Positions 10,719 to 24,700 of a stretch of DNA of 64,000 bases are shown piece after piece. The position numbers and the translations under genes are program-made. The notes under the pieces were generated by a model, which was not told the DNA's origin, made no database searches, and saw only the letters and a list, made by a program, of their open reading frames with translations. Numbering within the stretch: position 1 is the stretch's first letter; every line of letters starts with the position of its first letter. This DNA comes from Eledone cirrhosa (Eukaryota), in NCBI GenBank assembly GCA_964016885.1, contig OZ024741.1, forward strand, positions 247,442,001 through 247,506,000. Reading direction: 5' to 3'.

Positions 10719-13700
10719 CGCCTGATTTTTTTAAATATTATCTTACCTTGGCTGGCGGGAAATTATCTCCCCTTGGACGGCTGAAAATTATCTCCCCTTG
10801 GACGGCTGGAAATTATCTCCCCCTGATTTTTTTTACAAATTATCTCCCCCTGATTTTTTTTTTACAAATTATCTCCGCCTGATTTTTTTTAAAAAATTAT
10901 CTCCCCTTGGACGGCTGGAAATTATCTCCCCTTGGACGGCTGGAAATTATCTCCCCTTGGACGGCTAGAAATTATCTCTCCTTGGACGGCTGAAAATTAT
11001 CTCCCCTTGGACGGCTGCAAATTATCTCCCCTTGATTTTTTTTACAAATTATCTCCCCCTGATTTTTTTTACAAATTATCTCCCCCTGATTTTTTTTACA
11101 AATTATCTACACCTGATTTTTTTTACAAATTATCTCCCCCTGATTTTTTTTTACAAATTATCTCCCTCTGATTTTTTTTTACAAATTATCTCCCCCTGAT
11201 TTTTTTTTTACAAATTATCTCCCCCTGATTTTTTTACAAATTATCTCCCCCTGATTTTTTTTACAATCTCCGCCTGATTTTTTTAAAAATTATCTTCTCT
11301 TGGCTGGCTGGAAATTATCTCCCCTTGGACACTGGAAATTATAGCCACTTGGAGGGCTGGAAATTATCTTCCCTTGGACTGCTGGAAATTATCACCCCTT
11401 GATTTTTTTTACAAATTATCTCCGCCTGATTTTTTTTTACAAATTATCTCCCCCTGATTTTTTTTTACAAATTATCTAACCCTGATTTTTTTTTACAAAT
11501 TATCTCCCCCTGATTTTTTTTACAAATTATCTCCCCCTGATTTCTCTTTTACAAATTATCTCCCCCTGATTTTTTTACAAATTATCTCCCCCTGATTTTT
11601 TTTACAAATTATCTCCGCCTGATTTTTTTAAATATTATCTTCCCTTGGCTGGCGGGAAATTATCTCCCCTTGGACGGCTGGAAATTATCTACCCTTGATT
11701 TTCTTTTTACAAATTATCTTCCACTGATTTTTTTTAAAAATTATCTCCACCTGATTTTTTAAAAAATTATCTCCCCTTGGAAGGCTGGAAATTATCTCCC
11801 CTTGGCTGGAAATTATCTCCCCTTGGACGGCTAGAAATTATCTCTCTTTGGACGGCTGGAAATTATCACCCCTTGAGCTTTTTACAAATTATCTCCCCCT
11901 GATTTTTTTTACAAATCTCCCTGTGATTTTTAAAAAAAAATTATCTCCCCTTCGCTGGCTGGAAATTATCTCCCCTTGGACGCTGGAAATTATAGCCCCT
12001 TGGAGGGCTGGAAATTATCTTCCCTTGGACGGCTGGAAATTATCTCCCCTTGATTTTTTTTACAAATTATCTCCCCCTGGTTTTTTTTTACAAATTATCT
12101 CCCCCTGATTTTTTTTACAACTTATCTGCGCCTGATTTTTTTTAAAAATTATCTCCCCTTGGACGGCTGGAAATTATCTCCCCTTGGACGGCTGGTAATT
12201 ATCTCTCCTTGGACGGCTAGAATTTACCTCTCCTTGGACGGCTGAAAATTATCTCCCCTTGGACGGCTGGAAATTATCTCCCCTTGATTTTTTTTACAAA
12301 TTATCTCCCCCTGATTTTTTTTTACAAATTATCTCCCCCTGATTTTTTTTTACAAATTATCTCCCCCTGATTTTTTTTTACAAATTATCTACCCCTGATT
12401 TTTTTTTACAAATTATCTCCCCTTGGCTGGCTGGAAATTATCTCCCCTTGGAGGCTGGAACTTATCTCCCCTTGGACGGCTAGAAATTACCTCTCCTTGG
12501 ACGGCTGGAAAATATGTCTCCTTGGACGGCTGGATATTATCTCCCCTTGGACGGCTGGAAATTATCTCCCCTTGGACGGCTGAAAATTATCTCCCCTTGA
12601 TTTTTTTTACAAATTATCTCCCCCTGATTTTTTTTTACAAATTATCTCCCCCTGATTTTTGTTTACAAATTATCTCCGCCTGATTTTTTAAAAAAATTAT
12701 CTCCCCTTGGACGGCTGGAAATTATCTCCCCTTGGACGGATAGAAATTACCTCTCCTTGGACGGCTGAAAATTATCTCCCCTTTGAAGGCTGGAAATTAT
12801 CTCCCCTTGATTTTTTTACAAATTATCTCCCCCTGATTTTTTTTTTACAAATTATCTCCCCCTGATTTTTTTTTACAAATTATCTACCCCTGATTTTTTT
12901 TTACAAATTATCTCCCCCTGATTTTTTTTACAAATTATCTCCCCCTGATTTTTTTTTACAAATTATCTCCCCCTGATTTTTTTACAAATTATCTCCCCCT
13001 GATTTTTTTTACAAATTATCTCCGCCTGATTTTTTTTAAATATTATCTCTCCTTGGCTGGCGGGAAATTATCTCCCCTTGGACGGCTGGAAATTATCTCC
13101 CCTTGGAAGGATAGAAATTATCTCCCCTTGGACGGCTGGAAATTATCTCCCCTTGATTTTTTTTACAAATTATCTCCCCCTGATTTTTTTTTACAAATTA
13201 TCTCCCCCTGATTTTTTTTACAAATTATCTCCCCCTGATTTTTTTTTACAAATTATCTGCCGCTGATTTTTTTTACAAATTATCTCCCCCTGATTTTTTT
13301 ACAAATTATCTCCCCTTGGCTGGCTGGAAATTACCTCCCCTTGGAGGCTGGAATTTATCTCCCCTTGGACGGCTAGAAATTACCTCTCCTTGGACGGCTG
13401 GAAAATATGTCTCCTTGGACGGCTGGATATTATCTCCCCTTGGACGGCTGGAAATTATCTCCCCTTGGACGGCTGGAAATTATCTCCCCTTGGACGGCTG
13501 GAAATTATCTCCCCATGGACGGCTGGAAATTATCTCCCCTTGGACGGCTAGAAATTATCTCTCCTTGGACGGCTGAAAATTATCTCCCCTTGGACGGCTG
13601 GAAATTATCTCCCGTTGGACGGCTGGAAATTATCTCGCCTTGGACGGCTAGAATTTACCTCTCCTTGGACGGCTGAAAATTATCTCCCCTTGGACGGCTG

Positions 13701-15565
13701 GAAATTATCTCCCCTTGATTTTTTTTACAAATTATCTCCCCCTGATTTTTTTTTACAAATTATCTCCCCCTGATTTTTTTTTACAAATTATCTCCCCCTG
13801 ATTTTTTTTTACAAATTATCTCCCCCTGATTTTTTTTACAAATTATCTCCCCCCTGATTTTTTAACAAATTATCTCCCCTTGGCTGGCTGGAAATTATCT
13901 CCCCTTGGAGGCTGGAACTTATCTCCCCTTGGACGGCTAGAAATTACCTCTCCTTGGACGGCTGGAAAATATGTCTCCTTGGACGGCTGGATATTATCTC
14001 CCCTTGGACGGCTGGAAATTATCTCCCCTTGGACGGCTGGAAATTATCTCCCCTTGGATGGCTAGATATTACCTCCCCTTGGACGGCTGGAAATTATCTC
14101 CCTTTGATTTTTTTTACAAATTATCTCCCCCTGATTTTTTTTTACAAATTATCTCCCCCTGATTTTTTTTTACAAATTATCTACCCCTGATTTTTTTTTA
14201 CAAATTATCTCCCCCTGATTTTTTTTACAAATTATCTCCCCCTGATTTTTTTTTACAAATTATCTCCCCCTGATTTTTTTACAAATTATCTCCCCCTGAT
14301 TTTTTTTACAAATTATCTCCGCCTGATTTTTTTAAATATTATCTCTCCTTGGCTGGCGGGAAATTATCTCCCCTTGGACGGCTGGAAATTATCTCCCCTT
14401 GGAAGGATGGAAATTATCTCCCCTTGGACGGCTGGAAATTATCTACCCCTGATTTTTTTTACAAATTATCTCCCCCTGATTTTTTTTACAAATTATCTCC
14501 CCCTGATTTTTTTTACAAATTATCTACCCCTGATTTTTTTTACAAATTATCTCCCCCTGATTTTTTTTACAAATTATCTCCCCCTGATTTTTGTTTACAA
14601 ATTATCTCCGCCTGATTTTTTAAAAAAATTATCTCCCCTTGGACGGCTGGAAATTATCTCCCCTTGGACGGATAGAAATTACCTCTCCTTGGACGGCTGA
14701 AAATTATCTCCCCTTTGACGGCTGGAAATTATCTCCCCTTGATTTTTTTACAAATTATCTCCCCCTGATTTTTTTTTTACAAATTATCTCCCCCTGATTT
14801 TTTTTTACAAATTATCTACCCCTGATTTTTTTTTACAAATTATCTCCCCCTGATTTTTTTTACAAATTATCTCCCCCTGATTTTTTTTTACAAATTATCT
14901 CCCCCTGATTTTTTTACAAATTATCTCCCCCTGATTTTTTTTACAAATTATCTCCGCCTGATTTTTTTTAAATATTATCTCTCCTTGGCTGGCGGGAAAT
15001 TATCTCCCCTTGGAAGGCTGGAAATTATCTCCCCTTGGAAGGATGGAAATTATCTCCCCTTGGACGGCTGGAAATTATCTACCCCTGATTTTTTTTACAA
15101 ATTATCTCCCCCTGATTTTTTTTACAAATTATCTCCCCCTGATTTTTTTTACAAATTATCTACCCCTGATTTTTTTTACAAATTATCTCCCCCTGATTTT
15201 TTTTACAAATTATCTCCCCCTGATTTTTTTTTTACAAATTATCTCACCCTGATTTTTTTACAAATTATCTCCCCCTGATTTTTTTTACAAATTATCTCCG
15301 CCTGATTTTTTTAAATATTATCTTCCCTTGGCTGGCGGGAAATTATCTCCCCTTGAAGGGCTGAAAATTATCTCCCCTTGGACGGCTGGAAATTATCTCC
15401 CCTTGATTTTTTTTACAAATTATCTCCCCCTGATTTTTTTTTACAAATTATCTCCCCCTGATTTTTTTTACAAATTATCTCCCCCTGATTTTTTTTTACA
15501 AATTATCTGCCGCTGATTTTTTTTACAAATTATCTCCCCCTGATTTTTTTACAAATTATCTCCCC

Positions 15566-16016
15566 TTGGCTGGCTGGAAATTACCTCCCCTTGGAGGCTG
15601 GAATTTATCTCCCCTTGGACGGCTAGAAATTACCTCTCCTTGGACGGCTGGAAAATATGTCTCCTTGGACGGCTGGATATTATCTCCCCTTGGACGGCTG
15701 GAAATTATCTCCCCTTGGACGGCTGGAAATTATCTCCCCTTGGACGGATAGATATTACCTCCCCTTGGACGGCTGGAAATTATCTCCCCTTGGACGGCTG
15801 GAAATTATCTCCCCATGGACGGCTGGAAATTATCTCCCCTTGGACGGCTAGAAATTATCTCTCCTTGGACGGCTGAAAATTATCTCCCCTTGGACGGCTG
15901 GAAATTATCTCCCGTTGGACGGCTGGAAATTATCTCGCCTTGGACGGCTAGAATTTACCTCTCCTTGGACGGCTGAAAATTATCTCCCCTTGGACGGCTG
16001 GAAATTATCTCCCCTT
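15566..16016 (+). repeat. Longest uninterrupted type-A run (about 18 monomers), with a sister run of about 16 monomers at 13316-13715
   Basis: No T-tract monomer for about 450 bp. Carries the markers CCCCATGG, CCCGTTGG and CTCGCC. Confidence 0.88.
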
Positions 16017-17272
16017 GATTTTTTTTACAAATTATCTCCCCCTGATTTTTTTTTACAAATTATCTCCCCCTGATTTTTTTTTACAAATTATCTCCCCCTG
16101 ATTTTTTTTTACAAATTATCTCCCCCTGATTTTTTTTACAAATTATCTCCCCCCTGATTTTTTAACAAATTATCTCCCCTTGGCTGGCTGGAAATTATCT
16201 CCCCTTGGAGGCTGGAACTTATCTCCCCTTGGACGGCTAGAAATTACCTCTCCTTGGACGGCTGGAAAATATGTCTCCTTGGACGGCTGGATATTATCTC
16301 CCCTTGGACGGCTGGAAATTATCTCCCCTTGGACGGCTGGAAATTATCTCCCCTTGGATGGCTAGATATTACCTCCCCTTGGACGGCTGGAAATTATCTC
16401 CCTTTGATTTTTTTTACAAATTATCTCCCCCTGATTTTTTTTTACAAATTATCTCCCCCTGATTTTTTTTTACAAATTATCTCCCCCTGATTTTTGTTTA
16501 CAAATTATCTCCGCCTGATTTTTTTTAAAAAATTATCTCCCCTTGGACGGCTGGAAATTATCTCCCCTTGGACGGCTAGAAATTACCTCTCCTTGGACGG
16601 CTGAAAATTATCTCCCCTTGGACGGCTGGAAATTATCTCCCCTTGATTTTTTTACAAATTATCTACCCCTGATTTTTTTTTACAAATTATCTCCCCCTGA
16701 TTTTTTTTACAAATTATCTCCCCCTGATTTTTTTTTACAAATTATCTCCCCCTGATTTTTTTACAAATTATCTCCCCCTGATTTTTTTTACAAATTATCT
16801 CCGCCTGATTTTTTTAAATATTATCTCTCCTTGGCTGGCGGGAAATTATCTCCCCTTGGACGGCTGGAAATTATCTCCCCTTGGAAGGATGGAAATTATC
16901 TCCCCTTGGACGGCTAGAAATTATCTCTCTTTGGACGGCTGGAAATTATCACCCCTTGAGTTTTTTACAAATTATCTCCCCCTGATTTTTTTTACAAATC
17001 TCCCAGTGATTTTTAAAAAAAAATTATCTCCCCTTCGCTGGCTGGAAATTATCTCCCCTTGGACGCTGGAAATTATAGCCCCTTGGAGGGCTTGAAATTA
17101 TCTTCCCTTGGACGGCTGGAAATTATCTCCCCTTGATTTTTTTTTACAAATTATCTCCCCCTGATTTTTTTTTACAAATTATCTCCCCCTGATTTTTTTT
17201 TACAACTTATCTGCGCCAGATTTTTTTAAAAAAATTATCTCCCCTTGGACGGCTGGAAATTATCTCCCCTTG

Positions 17273-20200
17273 GACGGCTGGAAATTATCTCTCCTTGGAC
17301 GGCTAGAATTTACCTCTCCTTGGACGGCTGAAAATTATCTCCCCTTGGACGGCTGGAAATTATCTCCCCTTGATTTTTTTTACAAATTATCTCCCCCTGA
17401 TTTTTTTTTACGAATTATCTCCCCCTAATTTTTTTTTACAAATTATCTCCCCCTGATTTTTTTTTACAAATTATCTCCCCCTGATTTTTTTTACAAATTA
17501 TCTCCCTCTGATTTTTTTACAAATTATCTCCCCTTGGCTGGCTGAAAATTATCTCCCCTAGGAGGCTGGAACGTATCTCCCCTTGGACGGCTAGAAATTA
17601 CCTCTCTTTGGACGGCTGGAAAATATGTCTCCTTGGACGGCTGGATATTATCTCTCCTTGGACGGCTGGAAATTATCTCCCCTTGGACGGCTGGAAATTA
17701 TCTCCCCTTGGATGGCTAGATATTACCTCCCCTTGGACGGCTGGAAATTATCTCCCCTTGATTTTTTTTTACAAATTATCTCCCCCTGAATTTTTTTTAC
17801 AAATTATCTCCCCCGATTTTTTTTTACAAATTATCTCTCCCTGATTTTTTTTTACAAATTATCTCCCCCTGATTTTTGTTTACAAATTATCTCCCCTTGG
17901 ACGGCTGGAAATTATCTCCCCTTGGACGGCTAGAAATTACCTCTCCTTGGACGGCTGAAAATTATCCTCCCTTGGACGGCTGGAAATTATCTCCCCTTGA
18001 TTTTTTTACAAATTATCTCCCCCTGATTTTTTTTTTACAAATTATCTCACCCTGATTTTTTTTACAAATTATCTACCCCTGATTTTTTTTTACAAATTAT
18101 CTCCCCCTGATTTTTTTTACAAATTATCTCCCACTGATTTTTTTTTTACAAATTATCTCCCCCTGATTTTTTTACAAATTATCTCCCCCTGATTTTTTTT
18201 ACAAATTATATCCGCCTGATTTTTTTAAATATTATCTCTCCTTGGCTGGCGGGAAATTATCTCCCCTTGGACGGCTGGAAATTATCTCCCCTTGGAAGGA
18301 TGGAAATTATCTCCCCTTGGACGGCTGGAAATTATCTACCCCTGATTTTTTTTACAAATTATCTCCCCCTGATTTTTTTTACAAATTATCTCCCCCTGAT
18401 TTTTTTTTTACAAATTATCTCCCCCTGATTTTTTTACAAATTATCTCCCCCTGATTTTTTTTACAAATTATCTCCGCCTGATTTTTTAAAATATTATCTT
18501 ACCTTGGCTGGCGGGAAATTATCTCCCCTTGGACGGCTGAAAATTATCTCCCCTTGGACGGCTGGAAATTATCTCCCCTTGATTTTTATTACAAATTATC
18601 TCCCCCTGATTTTTTTTTACAAATTATCTCCCCCTGATTTTAAAAAAAAAATTATCTCCCCTTCGCTGGCTGGAAATTATCTCCCCTTGGACGCTGGAAA
18701 TTATAGCCCCTTGGAGGGCTGGAAATTATCTTCCCTTGGACGGCTGGAAATTATCTCCCCTTGATTTTTTTTTACAAATTATCTCCCCCTGATTTTTTTT
18801 TACAAATTATCTCCCCCTGATTTTTTTTTACAAATTATCTCCCCCTGATTTTTTTTTTACAAATTATCTCCGCCTGATTTTTTTTTTAAAATTATCTACC
18901 CTTGGACGGCTGGAAATTATCTCCCCTTGGACGGCTGGAAATTATCTCCCCTTGGACGGCTAGAAATTATCTCTCCTAGGACGGCTGAAAATTATCTCCC
19001 CTTGGACGGCTGCAAATTATCTCCCCTTGATTTTTTTTACAAATTATCTCCCCCTGATTTTTTTTACAAATTATCTCCCCCTGATTTTTTTTACAAATTA
19101 TCTACCCCTGATTTTTTTTACAAATTATCTCCCCCTGATTTTTTTTTACAAATTATCTCCCTCTGATTTTTTTTTACAAATTATCTCCCCCTGATTTTTT
19201 TTTACAAATTATCTCCCCCTGATTTTTTTACAAATTATCTCCCCCTGATTTTTTTTACAATCTCCGCCTGATTTTTTTAAAAATTATCTTCCCTTGGCTG
19301 GCGGGAAATTATCTCCCCTTGGACGGCTGGAAATTATCTCCCCTTGGAAGGATGGAAATTATCTGCCCTTGGACGGCTGGAAATTATCTCCCCTTGCACG
19401 GCTGGAAATTATCTCCCCTTGGCTGGAAATTATCTCCCCTTGGACGGCTAGAAATTATCTCTCTTTGGACGGCTGGAAATTATCTCCCTTTGATTTTTTT
19501 TACAAATTATCTCCCTCTGATTTTTTTTACAAATCTCCCCCTGATTTTTTAAAAAAATTATCTCCCCTTCGCTGGCTGGAAATTATCTCCCCTTGGACAC
19601 TGGAAATTATAGCCCCTTGGAGGGCTGGAAATTATCTTCTCTTGGACGGCTGGAAATTATCTCCCCTTGATTTTTTTTACAAATTATCTCCGCCTGATTT
19701 TTTTTTAAAATTATCTCTCCTTGGACGGCTGGAAATTATCTCCCCTTGATTTTTTTTACAAATTATCTCCCCCTGATTTTTTTTACAAATTATCTCCCAC
19801 TGATTTTTTTTTACAAATTATCTACCCCTGATTTTTTTTTACAAATTATCTCCCCCTGATTTTTTTTACAAATTATCTCACCCTGATTTTTCTTTTACAA
19901 ATTATCTCCCCCTGATTTTTTTACAAATTATCTCCCCCTGATTTTTTTTACAAATTATCTCCGCCTGATTTTTTTAAATATTATCTTTCCTTGGCTGGCG
20001 GGAAATTATCTCCCCTTGGACGGCTGGAAATTATCTGCCCTTGATTTTCTTTTTACAAAATATCTTCCACTGATTTTTTTTACAAATTATCTCCACCTGA
20101 TTTTTTAAAAAATTATCTCCCCTTGGAAGGCTGGAAATTATCTCCCCTTGGCTGGAAATTATCTCCCCTTGGAAGGCTAGAAATTATCTCTCTTTGGACG

Positions 20201-21290
20201 GCTGGAAATTATCACCCCTTGAGTTTTTTTACAAATTATCTCCCCCTGATTTTTTTTACAAATCTCCCAGTGATATTTAAAAAAAAATTATCTCCCCTTC
20301 GCTGGCTGGAAATTATCTCCCCTTGGACGCTGGAAATTATAGCCCCTTGGAGGGCTGGAAATTATCTTCCCTTGGACGGCTGGAAATTATCTCCCCTTGA
20401 TTTTTTTTACAAATTATCTCCCCCTGATTTTTTTTACAAATTATCTCCCCCTGATTTTTTTGACAACTTATCTGCGCCTGATTTTTTTTAAAAAATTATC
20501 TCCCCTTGGACGGCTGGAAATTATCTCCCCTTGGACGGCTGGAAATTATCTCTCCTTGGACGGCTAGAATTTACCTCTCCTTGGACGGCTGAAAATTATC
20601 TCCCCTTGGACGGCTGGAAATTACCTCCCCTTGATTTTTTTACAAATTATCTCCCCCTGATTTTTTTTTACAAATTATCTCCCCCTGATTTTTGTTTACA
20701 AATTATCTCCCCTTGGACGGCTGGAAATTATCTCCCCTTGGACGGCTAGAAATTACCTCTCCTTGGACGGCTGAAAATTATCTCCCCTTGGACGGCTGGA
20801 AATTATCTCCCCTTGATTTTTTTACAAATTATCTCCCCCTGATTTTTTTTTTACAAATTATCTCACCCTGATTTTTTTTACAAATTATCTACCCCTGATT
20901 TTTTTTTACAAATTATCTCCCCCTGATTTTTTTTACAAATTATCTCCCCCTGATTTTTTTTTTACAAATTATCTCCCCCTGATTTTTTTACAAATTATCT
21001 CCCCCTGATTTTTTTTACAAATTATCTCCGCCTGATTTTTTTAAATATTATCTCTCCTTGGCTGGCGGGAAATTATCTCCCCTTGGACGGCTGGAAATTA
21101 TCTCCCCTTGGAAGGATGGAAATTATCTCCCCTTGGACGGCTGGAAATTATCTACCCCTGATTTTTTTTACAAATTATCTCCCCCTGATTTATTTTACAA
21201 ATTATCTCCCCCTGATTTTTTTTTTAAAAATTATCTCCCCCTGATTTTTTTACAAATTATCTCCCCCTGATTTTTTTTACAAATTATCTC
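17273..21290 (+). repeat. About 4-kb segment, copy 2 (duplicate of 6700-10718)
   Basis: Same landmarks and private variants at offset 10572-10573. Confidence 0.9.
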
Positions 21291-21736
21291 CCCCTGATTT
21301 TTTTTTACAAATTATCTCCCCCTGATTTTTTTTAAAAATTATCTCCCTCTGATTTTTTTACAAATTATCTCCCCTTGGCTGGCTGGAAATTATCTCCCCT
21401 AGGAGGCTGGAACTTATCTCCCCTTGGACGGCTAGAAATTACCTCTCTTTGGACGGCTGGAAAATATGTCTCCTTGGACGGCTGGATATTATCTCCCCTT
21501 GGACGGCTGGAAATTATCTCCCCTTGGACGGCTGGAAATTATCTCCCCTTGGATGGCTAGATATTACCTCCCCTTGGACGGCTGGAAATTATCTCCCCTT
21601 GATTTTTTTTACAAATTATCTCCCCCTGATTTTTTTTTACAAATTATCTCCCCCGATTTTTTTTTACAAATTATCTCCCCCTGATTTTTTTTTACAAATT
21701 ATCTCCCCCTGATTTTTGTTTACAAATTATCTCCCC

Positions 21737-24700
21737 TTGGACGGCTGGAAATTATCTCCCCTTGGACGGCTAGAAATTACCTCTCCTTGGACGGCTGGAA
21801 ATTATCTCCCCTTGATTTTTTTACAAATTATCTCCCCCTGATTTTTTTTTTACAAATTATCTCACCCTGATTTTTTTTACAAATTATCTACCCCTGATTT
21901 TTTTTTACAAATTATCTCCCCCTGATTTTTTTTACAAATTATCTCCCACTGATTTTTTTTTTACAAATTATCTCCCCCTGATTTTTTTACAAATTATCTC
22001 CCCCTGATTTTTTTTACAAATTATATCCGCCTGATTTTTTTAAATATTATCTCTCCTTGGCTGGCGGGAAATTATCTCCCCTTGGACGGCTGGAAATTAT
22101 CTCCCCTTGGAAGGATGGAAATTATCTCCCCTTGGACGGCTGGAAATTATCTACCCCTGATTTTTTTTACAAATTATCTCCCCCTGATTTTTTTTACAAA
22201 TTATCTCCCCCTGATTTTTTTTTACAAATTATCTCCCCCTGATTTTTTTACAAATTATCTCCCCCTGATTTTTTTTACAAATTATCTCCGCCTGATTTTT
22301 TAAAATATTATCTTACCTTGGCTGGCGGGAAATTATCTCCCCTTGGACGGCTGAAAATTATCTCCCCTTGGACGGCTGGAAATTATCTCCCCTTGATTTT
22401 TTTTACAAATTATCTCCCCCTGATTTTTTTTTACAAATTATCTCCCCCTGATTTTTTTTACAAATTATCTCCCCCCTGATTTTTTTACAAATTATCTCCC
22501 CTTGGCTGGCTGGAAATTATCTCCCCTTGGAGGCTGGAACTTATCTCCCCTTGGACGGCTAGAAATTACCTCTCCTTGGACGGCTGGAAAATATGTCTCC
22601 TTGGACGGCTGGATATTATCTCCCCTTGGACGGCTGGAAATTATCTCCCCTTGGACGGCTGGAAATTATCTCCCCTTGGATGGCTAGATATTACCTCCCC
22701 TTGGACGGCTGGAAATTATCTCCCTTTGATTTTTTTTACAAATTATCTCCCCCTGATTTTTTTTTACAAATTATCTCCCCCTGATTTTTTTTTACAAATT
22801 ATCTCCCCCTGATTTTTGTTTACAAATTATCTCCGCCTGATTTTTTTTTAAAAATTATCTCCCCTTGGACGGCTGGAAATTATCTCCCCTTGGACGGCTA
22901 GAAATTACCTCTCCTTGGACGGCTGAAAATTATCTCCCCTTGGACGGCTGGAAATTATCTCCCCTTGATTTTTTTACAAATTATCTCCCCCTGATTTTTT
23001 TTTTACAAATTATCTCCCCCTGATTTTTTTTCACAAATTATCTACCCCTGATTTTTTTTTACAAATTATCTCCCCCTGATTTTTTTTACAAATTATCTCC
23101 CCCTGATTTTTTTTTACAAATTATCTCCCCCTGATTTTTTTACAAATTATCTCCCCCTGATTTTTTTTACAAATTATCTCCGCCTGATTTTTTTAAATAT
23201 TATCTCTCCTTGGCTGGCGGGAAATTATCTCCCCTTGGACGGCTGGAAATTATCTCCCCTTGGAAGGATGGAAATTATCTCCCCTTGGACGGCTAGAAAT
23301 TATCTCTCTTTGGACGGCTGGAAATTATCACCCCTTGAGTTTTTTACAAATTATCTCCCCCTGATTTTTTTTACAAATCTCCCAGTGATTTTTAAAAAAA
23401 AATTATCTCCCCTTCGCTGGCTGGAAATTATCTCCCCTTGGACGCTGGAAATTATAGCCCCTTGGAGGGCTTGAAATTATCTTCCCTTGGACGGCTGGAA
23501 ATTATCTCCCCTTGATTTTTTTTTACAAATTATCTCCCCCTGATTTTTTTTTACAAATTATCTCCCCCTGATTTTTTTTTACAACTTATCTGCGCCTGAT
23601 TTTTTTAAAAAAATTATCTCCCCTTGGACGGCTGGAAATTATCTCCCCTTGGACGGCTGGAAATTATCTCTCCTTGGACGGCTAGAATTTACCTCTCCTT
23701 GGACGGCTGAAAATTATCTCCCCTTGGACGGCTGGAAATTATCTCCCCTTGATTTTTTTTACAAATTATCTCCCCCTGATTTTTTTTTACGAATTATCTC
23801 CCCCTGATTTTTTTTTACAAATTATCTCCCCCTGATTTTTTTTTACAAATTATCTCCCCCTGATTTTTTTTACAAATTATCTCCCTCTGATTTTTTTACA
23901 AATTATCTCCCCTTGGCTGGCTGGAAATTATCTCCCCTAGGAGGCTGGAACTTATCTCCCCTTGGACGGCTAGAAATTACCTCTCTTTGGACGGCTGGAA
24001 AATATGTCTCCTTGGACGGCTGGATATTATCTCCCCTTGGACGGCTGGAAATTATCTCCCCTTGGACGGCTGGAAATTATCTCCCCTTGGATGGCTAGAT
24101 ATTACCTCCCCTTGGACGGCTGGAAATTATCTCCCCTTGATTTTTTTTACAAATTATCTCCCCCTGATTTTTTTTACAAATTATCTCCCCCGATTTTTTT
24201 TTACAAATTATCTCCCCCTGATTTTTTTTTACAAATTATCTCCCCCTGATTTTTGTTTACAAATTATCTCCCCTTGGACGGCTGGAAATTATCTCCCCTT
24301 GGACGGCTAGAAATTACCTCTCGTTGGACGGCTGAAAATTATCCTCCCTTGGACGGCTGGAAATTATCTCCCCTTGATTTTTTTACAAATTATCTCCCCC
24401 TGATTTTTTTTTTACAAATTATCTCACCCTGATTTTTTTTACAAATTATCTACCCCTGATTTTTTTTTACAAATTATCTCCCCCTGATTTTTTTTACAAA
24501 TTATCTCCCACTGATTTTTTTTTTACAAATTATCTCCCCCTGATTTTTTTACAAATTATCTCCCCCTGATTTTTTTTACAAATTATATCCGCCTGATTTT
24601 TTTAAATATTATCTCTCCTTGGCTGGCGGGAAATTATCTCCCCTTGGACGGCTGGAAATTATCTCCCCTTGGAAGGATGGAAATTATCTCCCCTTGGACG

